From: a virus
Lineage: Duplodnaviria > Caudoviricetes
Direction: 5' to 3' (one strand)
Length of the DNA: 64,000 bases
IMG/VR virus record: IMGVR_UViG_3300014204_000112
Location: 149,923-213,922 of that record
Below, in pieces: positions 50,760-61,586 of the stretch. A program made the position numbers and the translations under genes. Below the pieces are notes generated by a model. The model ran no database searches. It worked only from the letters and a program-made list of their open reading frames with translations, and had not been told where the DNA came from. How positions within the stretch are numbered: position 1 is the stretch's first letter; each line of letters begins with the position of its first letter.

Positions 50760-51157
50760 ATTTGAGGTTTCGTATTTTTACGCCTATTCAACGAATCTTT
50801 TATAATTGTCTAAAAAATGGTTTTTCAAATCGAATGGATATGGCCCCCTGATTCAAATCGTTATAACGTTATCTTGCCAACATAAAAGTTCACGAGAAAG
50901 AATGTATTTTCGATTAGGAAAATTAATGTACACGCAATCTATTGCTAAATTAATATCGTACGAATCGAACAGGCCTATCGTAAAATTTTTCATTAACAGC
51001 ATACGCATGAGCCCCATAAAGACCATGATCATTACACGTTGCTAAATGCTCAGATATTTTTTCGCATTTACCATTTTGGTTTCCACCAAAATAAAAAATA
51101 TCCCAATCGAATTTCGGTAATTCCGTTAGACATGCTTTGATTTTTTCTTCAAAATTG

Positions 51158-51643
51158 TCAATGAATACTCATTTGAAGTTGTTGTTCTCGTACGTTCATT
51201 AATGAGACACTATGCTGTTTTAGATACGTATATACATCAGAACGATCATCTTTTTCGAGGTCGAACTTTAAAAGCTTCAGTGCTAAATCTAACGATTTCT
51301 TTCGACCGATAGCCTTGCAATAGTTATCATTCTTAGAACATGTTGCAATAGCTGTGACAGTCTGTATTGGAGTTATTGTAGCCAATCCATTTACTGTCAT
51401 ATCTTTTTCAGATACTGTTATAGTGCAATGTGTCTTACCGCCTTTACTTTTCGGCATTTGTACCCGCTTATACAATTGTAAACCTTCGACATCCAGAGAT
51501 GCGATAGTTGCTCCTTCTTGAGCTGACGCTGACGGCACAGAAGGAAGAAGTACTTTACTGATAGGTAAAAACGTTGTACCCATTCTACGTTCGTGAAACC
51601 AGTCAATTGTTACAATTCGACCAGTTGTTAGTATTACTCTCAT
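51158..51643 (-). CDS. Hypothetical protein
   Basis: GGKT.C...CS..D.Y.K..GR..SL motif. Confidence 0.6.
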   Translation of the reverse strand: MRVILTTGRIVTIDWFHERRMGTTFLPISKVLLPSVPSASAQEGATIASLDVEGLQLYKRVQMPKSKGGKTHCTITVSEKDMTVNGLATITPIQTVTAIATCSKNDNYCKAIGRKKSLDLALKLLKFDLEKDDRSDVYTYLKQHSVSLMNVREQQLQMSIH

Positions 51644-52101
51644 AATGATGTTTGTTCTTTTTGGATAAAGATTTTCTAATCTTTTCATCAAAGAAAAGGA
51701 TTTTGCCGCTAAGCGGCTCGGAACATAATGAAAAAAATTTACACATAATTGTCGTTTTTGAAATTATTAAACAAAGATACAAATAAGTTTTGGAATAAAA
51801 AACTTTTTGGAAATTATGTTAATAGCATATCATTTTCAGTTGGAAATATTCCAATTTTATCTGATGTGTGAAGCGTGGTATTGTGCGCCGGCATATATTC
51901 ACATCCATCAGTACTTCTTTCGTTTCATTATTGATGCGAGTATTTTTCCGATTTCAGTATCGTCCTTATAGACGGGCATTCCGATGGATAAATGTTCGGT
52001 GTTTTTAAACTTGAATGCTAATTTCATAATATTTGCGTCAAGGAAAGGGAGGAATTGACGCCCGTTTTTAAATTATTAAATAATATCTACTTTTGTTAAA
52101 T

Positions 52102-53933
52102 TGTTTATAATATGTCGAATAACCGCTATATGGCGGTTAGCGACCTGTTATAAACAATAAAAATTATTCATTAGGCATCAGTTCCTTTTTAATAATTTCT
52201 ACCATGTCATCAAATGAAATTTTTCGTTCATCTGCTTGCTGTTGTATATATTCTTTACTTAGGTGTATATAATTGGCACTTGGTTTTCTATTTTTATAAA
52301 TTTCATTTGATGCCTTAATTATCTTTTCCATTAATTTTTACATGTTTATAACAACAAATATAAAACATTGTTGTTGTAGTTTCATTTATATTATACATAA
52401 ATAATTTACTTTTGTTACATTTATTTGGTTCTATGTTGCAACGTTTTATATTTGCAGTCGTTATAAGTAATAAAAATATTAGTCTCGCATCTAATTGTTA
52501 CCGTTTGTCAACGCCTCAGTTTACCTTTGGAAGCTTTCTGGGTACTACCAGCCTATTTTTACATACTTATAACAAAGTATAAATTCAATATTAAAAATTA
52601 TTATGAATTTTCTACCTCTTTTAACATTTCATCTAATTCATATTTAGTAAAAAATGTTTTAGATGATGTAATTACTTTTCTACATTTTAGATACATAGCA
52701 GTTCCTTTCCATTCGGAAGTGTGTATCTCATTTTTTACTAAATATTCAAGTGCTTCTATTTTAGTCATTTGTTACATAATTTTTAATATTAAATTTATAC
52801 TCAACTGTTATAAACAATAAAAATATGATAACATTGCTACTAATCCTATCGCACCAATTACACCACAAATCACTACAAATCAATATTGCGTTTTATTTCT
52901 TCAAAAGAAAGTTCTTTAATCTTTCTTTGTCCGTATATTTCAGCTTTTAATCCTCTACAATAAGGGCATTTAAAGTTGCAATATTCTGTAATAATCATTT
53001 CACATCTTTTCATTTGCGAAGTTTCGGAAGTATTTAAAACACGTTCGTCCGATAATGTATAAAATCCTATTTCTTTTAAGTTCATCGTTTTAATTTTAAA
53101 AATTAATAAAAACACCAGCAGGTAACAACGGGTATAAAACAGTTGGGTTTCAGTGTGTTATTCAACTGCGTAACCCGTTGCAAGTTTGGTTCGGTTTGAT
53201 AGGTTACTTCTTCGCAATCCCAACCGCTTTCATACCCGCATCCGTTATATGCAAGCTTAAAAACGTGCATCTAATCAGACATATCAATATGCCAAACGAT
53301 TTTACACTCATCACATATCTTGACAACATCGGTGCATCTGCATAGATATAATGAGTTATCAAATTCACGCCAATGTTTTTCGTTCCTATGGTCGTGGTGT
53401 CCAAGTTCCACACAATTAGCAATCTCTTTACTATTGCCTTTGTGTAATTGCCATCCTAAGTCTTTATATCCTTCGGGCAGCTTCCATGTTCCTGATTTCG
53501 GATTTCTTTGTAATGCCATTTTGATTTTAAATAAAAGCCAGCATATAACCCGTGGTATAGTTAATTGCCGTGTTTGTACTAATTTGAAGCGTTACTACTC
53601 GCTTGTAATTCTTTGTAATTTGATAGGAAAATAGCTCGCAATCGGCAACTAACCATACCACCAACGTTATAGCCAATGCTACAACAGTACCCAGCTAACA
53701 GATTTTACCCATTCCTTAAATTCCGCCTCTTGTTTTTCTGCCTCACTACATTCAAGAGGACAAGCATCAGACGAACTTTGCCAAAACAGTTGAAGTAAAT
53801 CGCCAATGGGCTTGTCCGTAACATTCAACCCAACACTGCTGTCTTTGAAATGCTGTAAATCTTTAACATACTTTTCATAACCAATTGCTTGCTTGCAAAT
53901 ATTCCTTGTATTCTTCTTTTGAGTTAATTCCAT
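52102..53933 (+). mobile_element. Integron-like cassette array: five attC-like sites, no integrase in window
   Basis: TAAC...GTTA-bounded imperfect palindromes at 52102-52156, 52344-52468, 52565-52815, 53118-53252, 53541-53674; AT-rich. Confidence 0.75.
52873..53085 (-). pseudogene. Truncated radical SAM gene
   Basis: CNFKCPYC then stop after about 70 aa. Confidence 0.7.
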
Positions 53934-54142
53934 TAGGCATACATTTTTTGTTCAAAGTTCTGTAAAAGTTCATCCGCTATATCAGAAAAATTATCGGCGT
54001 CAATCGCCATAAATGAATCTCCAAGTTCTCCGCAAGAACCTGCTCCGTATAATTTGGTTGCGTGTGACTCCGTATGCAAAGGCTGTTTCTTCAGTCCAAT
54101 CGTGGCAATAGAAGAAACACTTGATTGCTCCGATTATCCTTT

Positions 54143-54511
54143 TCATTCGACTTCCTCGTCTCCATCGACTGAAGACTGCCATTCGTTCAACATACGGGTG
54201 AAGCTCTTTACTATTGGGTCGTACGGCTCGCTCTCGATAATCTTCACGCATTTTCCAAGCGCGAATGCACAGCCCATATCGAAATGGATTCCCTGAGATT
54301 TCGAGCTGTAGAAGATGTGAACTTCGTCAGATTCCTCGATAGCGTTCAAGTTCTGCGAACAACTCTCCAAGCCACTGTCTTCCTGATCGGTGTCACGATG
54401 TGGCAAATGAACTGTGTGACCTTCCTGTTCGAGAACAGCTATGTGATCTTCCAGTTTCTTACGGTGCTCGTCGTCCATTCCGCGGACGCTGCAAATTACG
54501 AAAATTTTCAT
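54143..54511 (-). CDS. Nucleoside 2-deoxyribosyltransferase-like protein
   Basis: VHLPHRD...AIEESD...SQG..FDMG.A.ALGK. Confidence 0.7.
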   Translation of the reverse strand: MKIFVICSVRGMDDEHRKKLEDHIAVLEQEGHTVHLPHRDTDQEDSGLESCSQNLNAIEESDEVHIFYSSKSQGIHFDMGCAFALGKCVKIIESEPYDPIVKSFTRMLNEWQSSVDGDEEVE

Positions 54512-54522
54512 GGTGTTTGATG

Positions 54523-54849
54523 TTATGTTTCAAAATAAGCTTCGATAGCTTCTTGTACTGAGTAATAGATCGGAAGGCCTAATGATTCAGCTAATTTTAC
54601 TTCCTCATCGGCTCCCTTACTTTCGCCCGGCAATCGCAAAAGGCAATCGCATGCTTCGACCCATTCGTTGTCGAGCGCTGTCCAAACGGTATACGGCCTT
54701 GGATGAGCCATGTGCTGAAAATGAGAGTAGAGCGGAACGAATGGAGCAAAACCTGCATCCATCAATTTTGCGGCAGCATCCATTTGATTCTTAACGTTGA
54801 CTGCAACGTCTCCGACGGTGTATGGACTTGCAATGTAAATTTTTATCAT
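54523..54849 (-). CDS. DUF4406/deoxyribosyltransferase-like protein
   Basis: IYIASPY...CD...LPGESKGA..E. Confidence 0.7.
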   Translation of the reverse strand: MIKIYIASPYTVGDVAVNVKNQMDAAAKLMDAGFAPFVPLYSHFQHMAHPRPYTVWTALDNEWVEACDCLLRLPGESKGADEEVKLAESLGLPIYYSVQEAIEAYFET

Positions 54850-54859
54850 GATTTGGGTT

Positions 54860-55489
54860 TTAGTTTGGTACGACTGTTGGACCTCCGACTATCAAGTGAC
54901 CGAGGTCTGGATCTATTCTCTGCCGCTTTCTAGTTTCTTCCTGAGCTTTCAAAGTTTGTTCTATCATAGTTTCTACCTTCGGATCATTGGGATCAAGCTT
55001 TACAGCTTTGAACTTTCCTGGCTTGAAGAAGCGTTTCTTCTTTGGCACCTTAATCTTCGGTGGTTTGGTAGTTGTTGTCGTCACATCTGGTGCCCTCTCG
55101 TATAACTTTATCTTCTCGAAATAGAAAACTATATCTTTCTTTGACTTCCTCACCAGGCCGAACCTGGTAGCAATTTTGAATTGGGTGGAGTATTTCTGCA
55201 AGCGATCGAGCAGCTTTCCGATTTCTGACCTGAAGGTCTCGATGTCCTCTGCACTCTTGTAATTGTTGCATGACTGACATGCAGGCAATAGGTTGTCTAT
55301 GTGATTGACATCGAATTCAGTTAAGTGTTCCAAGAACTTAGGAACTCTGAACTTATTCTTGATCGTTGTCAAAAAATTTCTTTGGGATATTACGTGATCG
55401 ACAGTCCATCTCTTTCCGAGAGTGTCTCCGCAATACGCGCAGTTACCTCCGCACTTATCATGGACCGTCTTTCTTGTTGTTTTATTCAT
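54860..55489 (-). CDS. HNH endonuclease
   Basis: CAYCG...VDH...NLLPAC..CN.YK. Confidence 0.85.
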   Translation of the reverse strand: MNKTTRKTVHDKCGGNCAYCGDTLGKRWTVDHVISQRNFLTTIKNKFRVPKFLEHLTEFDVNHIDNLLPACQSCNNYKSAEDIETFRSEIGKLLDRLQKYSTQFKIATRFGLVRKSKKDIVFYFEKIKLYERAPDVTTTTTKPPKIKVPKKKRFFKPGKFKAVKLDPNDPKVETMIEQTLKAQEETRKRQRIDPDLGHLIVGGPTVVPN

Positions 55490-57748
55490 TCACTAGTATG
55501 CATTTAGTCATCTTATACTACAAAAAAAGTCGGAAGGTTTCCCTCCTGGCTTCTCGTATTCAATTCGCTGGTTTTCTTACTTGGTCTTCAGGTCCAGGCT
55601 GAGGTCTTTGGCGGCTTTCGCTCCCATGATTTCCATGAAATTGAAGGCTCCATTTCCGCCGCCAGTTCCGGATCCACGCCTACGTATGAAGGTACGATGT
55701 TACCCTGGTACTTGCTCATCGGAACGGGCAAAGTTCCAGTGGTGGCGTTTTGCGTATTTGAGCGTAGCCTATAATTTCCATGTTAGGAATTGTGTTAGAA
55801 ATGTAACAAATCTCTCGGACGAGAGAAATGTGCCTATTCGTTTTCGGTCAGTCTGCAACAACGGAACGAAATCATGAAGTTCCGGTGAGTGTCTGCGAAC
55901 TGACAACGATCGTTTCGGCCATAGAGTTTGTTTCAGGAACATACACAGAGCTCTGTGTAATTCTCCACTGCAGCTCCTTGTTCTTCTGTTCGATGAACTC
56001 ATTGATCTGCATGTTCATCTTGGCCATCTCTTCTGGATCACATGTCACAGTGACCATATGCAGCCTATGCACAAATGTCCTTGAGTGCGTCATCGGGATT
56101 CGGTGAATTGACAGCACCCAGCCATGCTCTCTGTTCGAAGAACTCGATCTTCATGTCGATCAGTGACTCGAACTCTTCGTCACTGATGCTTGCATCGACT
56201 CTCAGGACATTGTACGGTGCACCAGTGTTCCCAAGATTTCGCTGCTCGATCATGATCGAGCAGCCATATTTCTCCAGCTTCCTGATCTTCGGAGCCAGTT
56301 TAATTCGTCTCTGTTCTCTACTATTCATTTGATCATATTCGTTTTGTAATGCCATATTTATTTCTTTTTGAAAAGTCAAAATCAAATTCTTCCCATTGGA
56401 AAGATTTTCATCTGGTGTCCCTTCATAATCTCCATCGTTTAGTGGCCTTCTCGGCCTCTTCCTCGAGGGGTCTGCAGAGGCTGTCGGTGACCTGCTTGGC
56501 TAGCTTCTCTGGGTCGTAGGTGACTGTCACTCCGACCTTCGTTATGTACGTCGTCTTCATCTATTACGTATGTGAATGGTCTGTGTCTCTTCCTCTCGGT
56601 CTGAGCGATGGCTCGTTTCAGCAGACGATCCGGTTGGTGGTTCCTTCCTGGTCTCTGCTCCAGAAATACATCGTGCAGTCCTTGTCAGGAGGACGGGCTG
56701 CAGTGATCTCAGGGTAAAGGACTGCAATCTTCTTGCAGCTCTCCATCGTCAAGTATCCGCCGTTGAACATGCCCTTCAGCTGTGGGCTGACGTAGAGGAT
56801 GGCTTCGCAGATTCCGATGCTGCTTCCTCCGAGGACATTGTGTCCGCTTGTCTGGGAAACATGACTGGCGTCTTTCCGGAAGACTTCCGGGGCCAGTCTG
56901 TACGTCCTGTTCCGGCTGACCTTTCCAGGCACCTTGTACTCTGCAATCCGGTCTTTGAAGCTCATGTTGGGCGGTTGTTTGTCTGTGGTAAAACTTAACA
57001 TATCGTTATTGGTTTTTATGATTATTTGAAAAAGAATTCGAATGCTTTTATTATGATTGACATGCTAACTTCATGGTAGATCAACCACTTCAACCAAACT
57101 AATGGAGCAAGAAAAAAGTCCACTACTGCCCAAAACACGTTGTGGTGAATTTCCATGCCAACCACAGCAGTTGCTAAAGAGAATAAAGTGTACATCAATC
57201 CGCCCTTGAAAAAGGTTTTCATTTTGGTTATTTTGAAGAAATTGTACAACAGATTCGTTACAATGGCCTGATAATTTCGCCAACTACTTCATTTTCGAAG
57301 ACGATGATCGTGCGTCTTGGATTGCTCGTGATCAGTAAGAATCCCTTGCGATCGAGAGTATCGATCTCATAGTCGAACTCAACATGAGGCCTGTATGGAA
57401 GCAATTGACCGTTGAACCGATCTGCTAATGCTTCACGGATACCTTTGAACATGCGATGAGTCTTAGGAAGACCTTGGCATACGAGCAAGTACCAGTAACA
57501 ATTAGAAAGATGTTGGTGGTCAATAGTCGAAATGGAAATTTTCTTTCCTTTGAATGTCAACCATGAATCCGGAAATTCTGTGTTGAATCTCCAGTAGCTG
57601 TCCGATCTAGGAGCAGCAATTGGATCGTAGCTTGAACAGTCGTTATCATGGCCCTTAAGACCTGATTTGCACGAATCGTAATGGCGACATGAGTCGCACA
57701 GACATGAGTTATTCATTGGTGACTTTTTTATATACTTTACTTCAGTTA

Positions 57749-58879
57749 TCATAGAAAGGTCAGATCTTTAATATCCTTTGCACTTGGACCATTAGAATAG
57801 AGAACCCTACGAAAGCGTACGCCTAACCTTCTGCTTATCTCAGTGACAAAAGTTTCAGGAGTTTCGAACTCCATTACAGTTCCTTCAATTGTGAATGCAT
57901 ACTTCTTCATTTGTTCCAAGCAAGTTACGACTAAGTTGCAATCAACCGAATCATTGAAGGCATTGCGTTCCCTACGTAGAGCATAACGCAAGAGATCGAG
58001 GTCGAGCATCGAGGTTCTGAAATTTCCCTGAAACGTATTGGTCACGTTTGTCTCATTGGGATTTGGATTCACAATGTCTTCCTTGTCAGTGTTCGTCATT
58101 GGCCCGTTCCCGTGTCTTGTTTGATAAGCTCTGGTTACGAAGTAAACGTCGAGCATGTTCGGGTTAACTTGGGAAATGACATTGGTAAGATCGGTCTTTC
58201 CTCTGGTAACATGTGGAAAGATCCCGTAATCTTGGTCGAGCATCAGGCCTTGAGATCCTTCGAATACCATTTGGCCTATTGAAGAGAGATGATCGACTAT
58301 TTTGATGTTGTTAATGAATGGCAAAATATCGCAAGCTGCTAAAAATTCTGCCATGTACGGATAAGCCTTTGGGTTTTTATCGTAATACTTTATGACGCTG
58401 TTCAATTTTTCCTTAAAAACCGAAGGAAAAAGAAGGTCCACTGCTTTTAACGAATAGAATTCTTCTTCACGCTTTAGTGTTCGACCGAATCCGGTTCCAC
58501 ACGTTCCATTCTGCATGTCATTTATCTGATTTGATACCTTATCGTATGGAGTGGTAACTGGGCATTCGTCATTGATGTAAAGAACTGGCTGAACGCCTTT
58601 TGCCAGTAAAGCTTGGTACTCTCGTATTATTGCAGGTGGGTCTATTGTGCAGGACTTTCCCCAATAGGTCGGAACTCCGTAAAGAGTTCCGGAACCGAAA
58701 TTAGAAAAGACATGGGCGACACCGTTCCGATGAACGGTGTGCCCTGCCTGTTGTCCTCCTGAAAACCTAACTACTGTTGCAAGATTCGGATCGCCAATTT
58801 CTTCGACTAAAAAGTCGGTCGTTAGACCTTTACTTTCGTCGCCGAAGCCAAGGCCGATCACCACTTTATGTTTCAACAT
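57749..58879 (-). CDS. Adenylosuccinate synthetase-like protein
   Basis: GLGFGDESKG, RFSGGQQAGH, FEGSQG.MLD, TRHGNGP. Confidence 0.88.
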   Translation of the reverse strand: MLKHKVVIGLGFGDESKGLTTDFLVEEIGDPNLATVVRFSGGQQAGHTVHRNGVAHVFSNFGSGTLYGVPTYWGKSCTIDPPAIIREYQALLAKGVQPVLYINDECPVTTPYDKVSNQINDMQNGTCGTGFGRTLKREEEFYSLKAVDLLFPSVFKEKLNSVIKYYDKNPKAYPYMAEFLAACDILPFINNIKIVDHLSSIGQMVFEGSQGLMLDQDYGIFPHVTRGKTDLTNVISQVNPNMLDVYFVTRAYQTRHGNGPMTNTDKEDIVNPNPNETNVTNTFQGNFRTSMLDLDLLRYALRRERNAFNDSVDCNLVVTCLEQMKKYAFTIEGTVMEFETPETFVTEISRRLGVRFRRVLYSNGPSAKDIKDLTFL

Positions 58880-59032
58880 CGATTAGATTGTTAGAAAGCT
58901 GTTAATTATTCCGTGATTTCAGGTTCGTTGGCCGGAGTTGTTTCGGCTTGAACCGGAGCCGGTGTAGGCTCTTGTTTTACTTCGGGCTCTACCGGTTTCG
59001 GCAGGCTTACGATTGGATCGATACTTCCCATG

Positions 59033-59917
59033 TTATAAAACTGGATTATGTTCGGGTTTGTCTTCTGGTTTTTCTGCCGTTTGTGGTTTGCTGGAAACCG
59101 GTGAGCCGACTATCACTCTTTTCGAATTTTTAAGAACGAGATCCGAGATGATCCTTGGGATTTCACGGAAATCTTTCACAACGATAAGGTTCTCACCCAG
59201 AAGCTCTCGCCAACCGGCAATTACTGATTGGTTCGATCCGGTTGGAGTTTCAGCAATGTGCAGGTGATACACATTGTATTTCTCGCTGGCTTTGGAAACC
59301 AGTTCAGCTGCAGAATAATCTCTGTACTCGCCATTTCCCATGATTCTGGTCAAGTCTCCAGCTCTCAAGCTGCGATGACATGGCTCGTCTCCAATGGTAA
59401 TGAGGATACCTTTCATGTTCCGCTTTTCCATGGCATCGTGCTGCGTGTGGAAACCTGCGAAGTAATAAGCTAGCATGTAGCTCTCTCCGCCATTTCCGCC
59501 GCCGCCGCCCTCTAACCATACTGAAGTCAGCCACTTGTCAAGCAGTTCGTCGCTGCTTTCAAACTGTCCGATTTGGAGTGGAGTGCGATCGTAGAGATGA
59601 TCACCGATCGCGACGAAAAGCAATTGAGGATGTTCTACTCCGGCTTCGATGATTGTTCCCATGATGGTTGGAAGTCCGTCCTTCACGAGATCGTGAGGAA
59701 TTCTTCCCATTGATCCGGTAACATCAAGGCCGAGAACGATAGGTACGGAAATAGGATGCTCATCCGAATCGCGAGATTCACGGAGCATCACTCCGCTCGG
59801 GTCCATGAGACTGTGAACTTCGCGCTGGACGAAGATCTGTTCGACGGATTTGGTCTTATATCCTAAGGATTCTGACCTTACCGAACGACTGTGTAATGAA
59901 TAACCGCCGCCGCCCAT
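59033..59917 (-). CDS. vWA-domain protein
   Basis: LDVTGSMG MIDAS, GGGGNGGESY, IGDE. Confidence 0.85.
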   Translation of the reverse strand: MGGGGYSLHSRSVRSESLGYKTKSVEQIFVQREVHSLMDPSGVMLRESRDSDEHPISVPIVLGLDVTGSMGRIPHDLVKDGLPTIMGTIIEAGVEHPQLLFVAIGDHLYDRTPLQIGQFESSDELLDKWLTSVWLEGGGGGNGGESYMLAYYFAGFHTQHDAMEKRNMKGILITIGDEPCHRSLRAGDLTRIMGNGEYRDYSAAELVSKASEKYNVYHLHIAETPTGSNQSVIAGWRELLGENLIVVKDFREIPRIISDLVLKNSKRVIVGSPVSSKPQTAEKPEDKPEHNPVL

Positions 59918-60386
59918 GATTAAACTGCTATTGCGATATGTTTTCCGAAGAGTTCGGTGTACCTTTTGCAGGCCAGACCGTACAGAATTTCGAGATCACG
60001 AATCTCGCGGCCGAACTTCAGGTCTTCATCTGCGAATACGTCAGCATCAATTGTGTTCGCTGGTTTCAAACTCATTGCGCTGTCAGGAGAGAAATCCAAT
60101 GCGGATCTCTGTTTCATTTTCAATCTTTTCAGCTTGAGGCCCATGTCCTCAACTTTACGACGATAAACAGTTTCAACTTCCTCGGTGATTTCGAGAGCGC
60201 GATCGGCTTTGATCTGCTTGTTCGAGCGAACCAGCGATTCATTGAATAAACCAGTAGCTTCAGCTTCCGGCCCAGTTATGGTTTTTTCTAATTCGTCCAT
60301 CTTGTGGATTTTTTTTTGTTGGTGAATAATTAATTGAATTATACAAGCTATTTGTAAAAGGTTTCATTCCAAGTGAAAAAATAAAC

Positions 60387-60779
60387 TTATTTCACTTCTT
60401 TTATGGAGTTTGCTGGAGTTCCATCGCACACGACGATGCGTTCCTTAGGAAAATCGTCAGTGGCTCTGGTCTCTTCGATGACAACTTTCTGCACGCCCAT
60501 GATTTGCAGGCCGTACTGAATGATGATGATACGATCTCCGACATTGAATAGGTTTGCCGCAGCTCCGTTCAAGCAGATTTCTGATTCTTCTCCTTCGATG
60601 ACGTACGTTTCAATACGTGCAACGTTTTCCTTATCAAGGACTTGCACCTTGTCTCGTGCGTCCATCCAGGTTAATTTGAGAAGATCTCGGCCAATTGTTA
60701 TGCTTCCCTCGTACTCGAGGTTGGCCTGAGTTACCACGCAATTGTGGATTTTCGATAGCATTCTTTCTTTGCCGTACAT
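60387..60779 (-). CDS. panD: Aspartate 1-decarboxylase
   Basis: SKIH...A.L.YEGSITI...RIETY...LNGAAA. Confidence 0.9.
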   Translation of the reverse strand: MYGKERMLSKIHNCVVTQANLEYEGSITIGRDLLKLTWMDARDKVQVLDKENVARIETYVIEGEESEICLNGAAANLFNVGDRIIIIQYGLQIMGVQKVVIEETRATDDFPKERIVVCDGTPANSIKEVK

Positions 60780-60783
60780 GGCT

Positions 60784-61308
60784 CTAGGATTTAATGATGT
60801 AAGTGTTCAAAAAGATTTTGCGTGCGACGATCCATGCATCGATAGGATTCGTCCTATCCTGACAGATGAAATCTCCAACTTTGCAGAATTGTCTGAGACC
60901 ATCCTCGTGTTGTTCTCCATACTGTCCGATGATGTAATAGTTACCATCACTCTGACGATTCGGGTGAATGTCGGGGTCCAGAAATGAATCGGCGAACTCC
61001 TGAGTTATCTCGAATACGTTCACCGCGTTTCCTGGCCTAGGTTCGCATACAAGCCAACCATCGTCATTGATGTTTTTGACCTCGTAGGTCTTTAGTAATT
61101 TGCTAGGCATTTGCTGCCATGCATCTCCGGCTTCTCCAACACAGATAAGGACCCCGTCCTTCAACGGTTCCTTTCCTTCGAGTGTGTCCACCAAAAATTT
61201 GTTAGTAACAGTTCTATCGACCATTACTGAAATCAACGGTTTAGCAACGATTGGTTTTGATTTGGATCCAATCCGCCAGTCCGTAATCTTTGATACTTCT
61301 AATCTCAT
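60784..61308 (-). CDS. Tandem PGDYG-like domain protein
   Basis: TLEG...G..W....LLKTY and GDFI...W.V..IF..TY repeats. Confidence 0.55.
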   Translation of the reverse strand: MRLEVSKITDWRIGSKSKPIVAKPLISVMVDRTVTNKFLVDTLEGKEPLKDGVLICVGEAGDAWQQMPSKLLKTYEVKNINDDGWLVCEPRPGNAVNVFEITQEFADSFLDPDIHPNRQSDGNYYIIGQYGEQHEDGLRQFCKVGDFICQDRTNPIDAWIVARKIFLNTYIIKS

Positions 61309-61586
61309 TCCATTTGCAATTTTTTTACGAGGTAGTAATCCGGGCCGTACTTTTCAAGAACCGATCCGCGTAACTGAGATATTTCGTCGGGAGTTAAGTC
61401 CATCACACAAACGTCTATAAGCTCATGATCGCTAACCTGAAATTCAGATCCAGCTTGAGGAAACAGGTAAATGACTTTCTTTTTGCCCTTCGGTTGCAGA
61501 GCTTTCATGAATTGGATCATGGTACGAGATATTACCTTGTTCTTATTATACTACGAATATTCATCTCTGGTCTGATAAATAATATC

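Noticed and set aside
57749-58879. PurZ (Z-genome) gene
   Set aside because: Retains the PurA catalytic Asp (GDESKG) rather than the PurZ Ser; no dATPase or MazZ nearby
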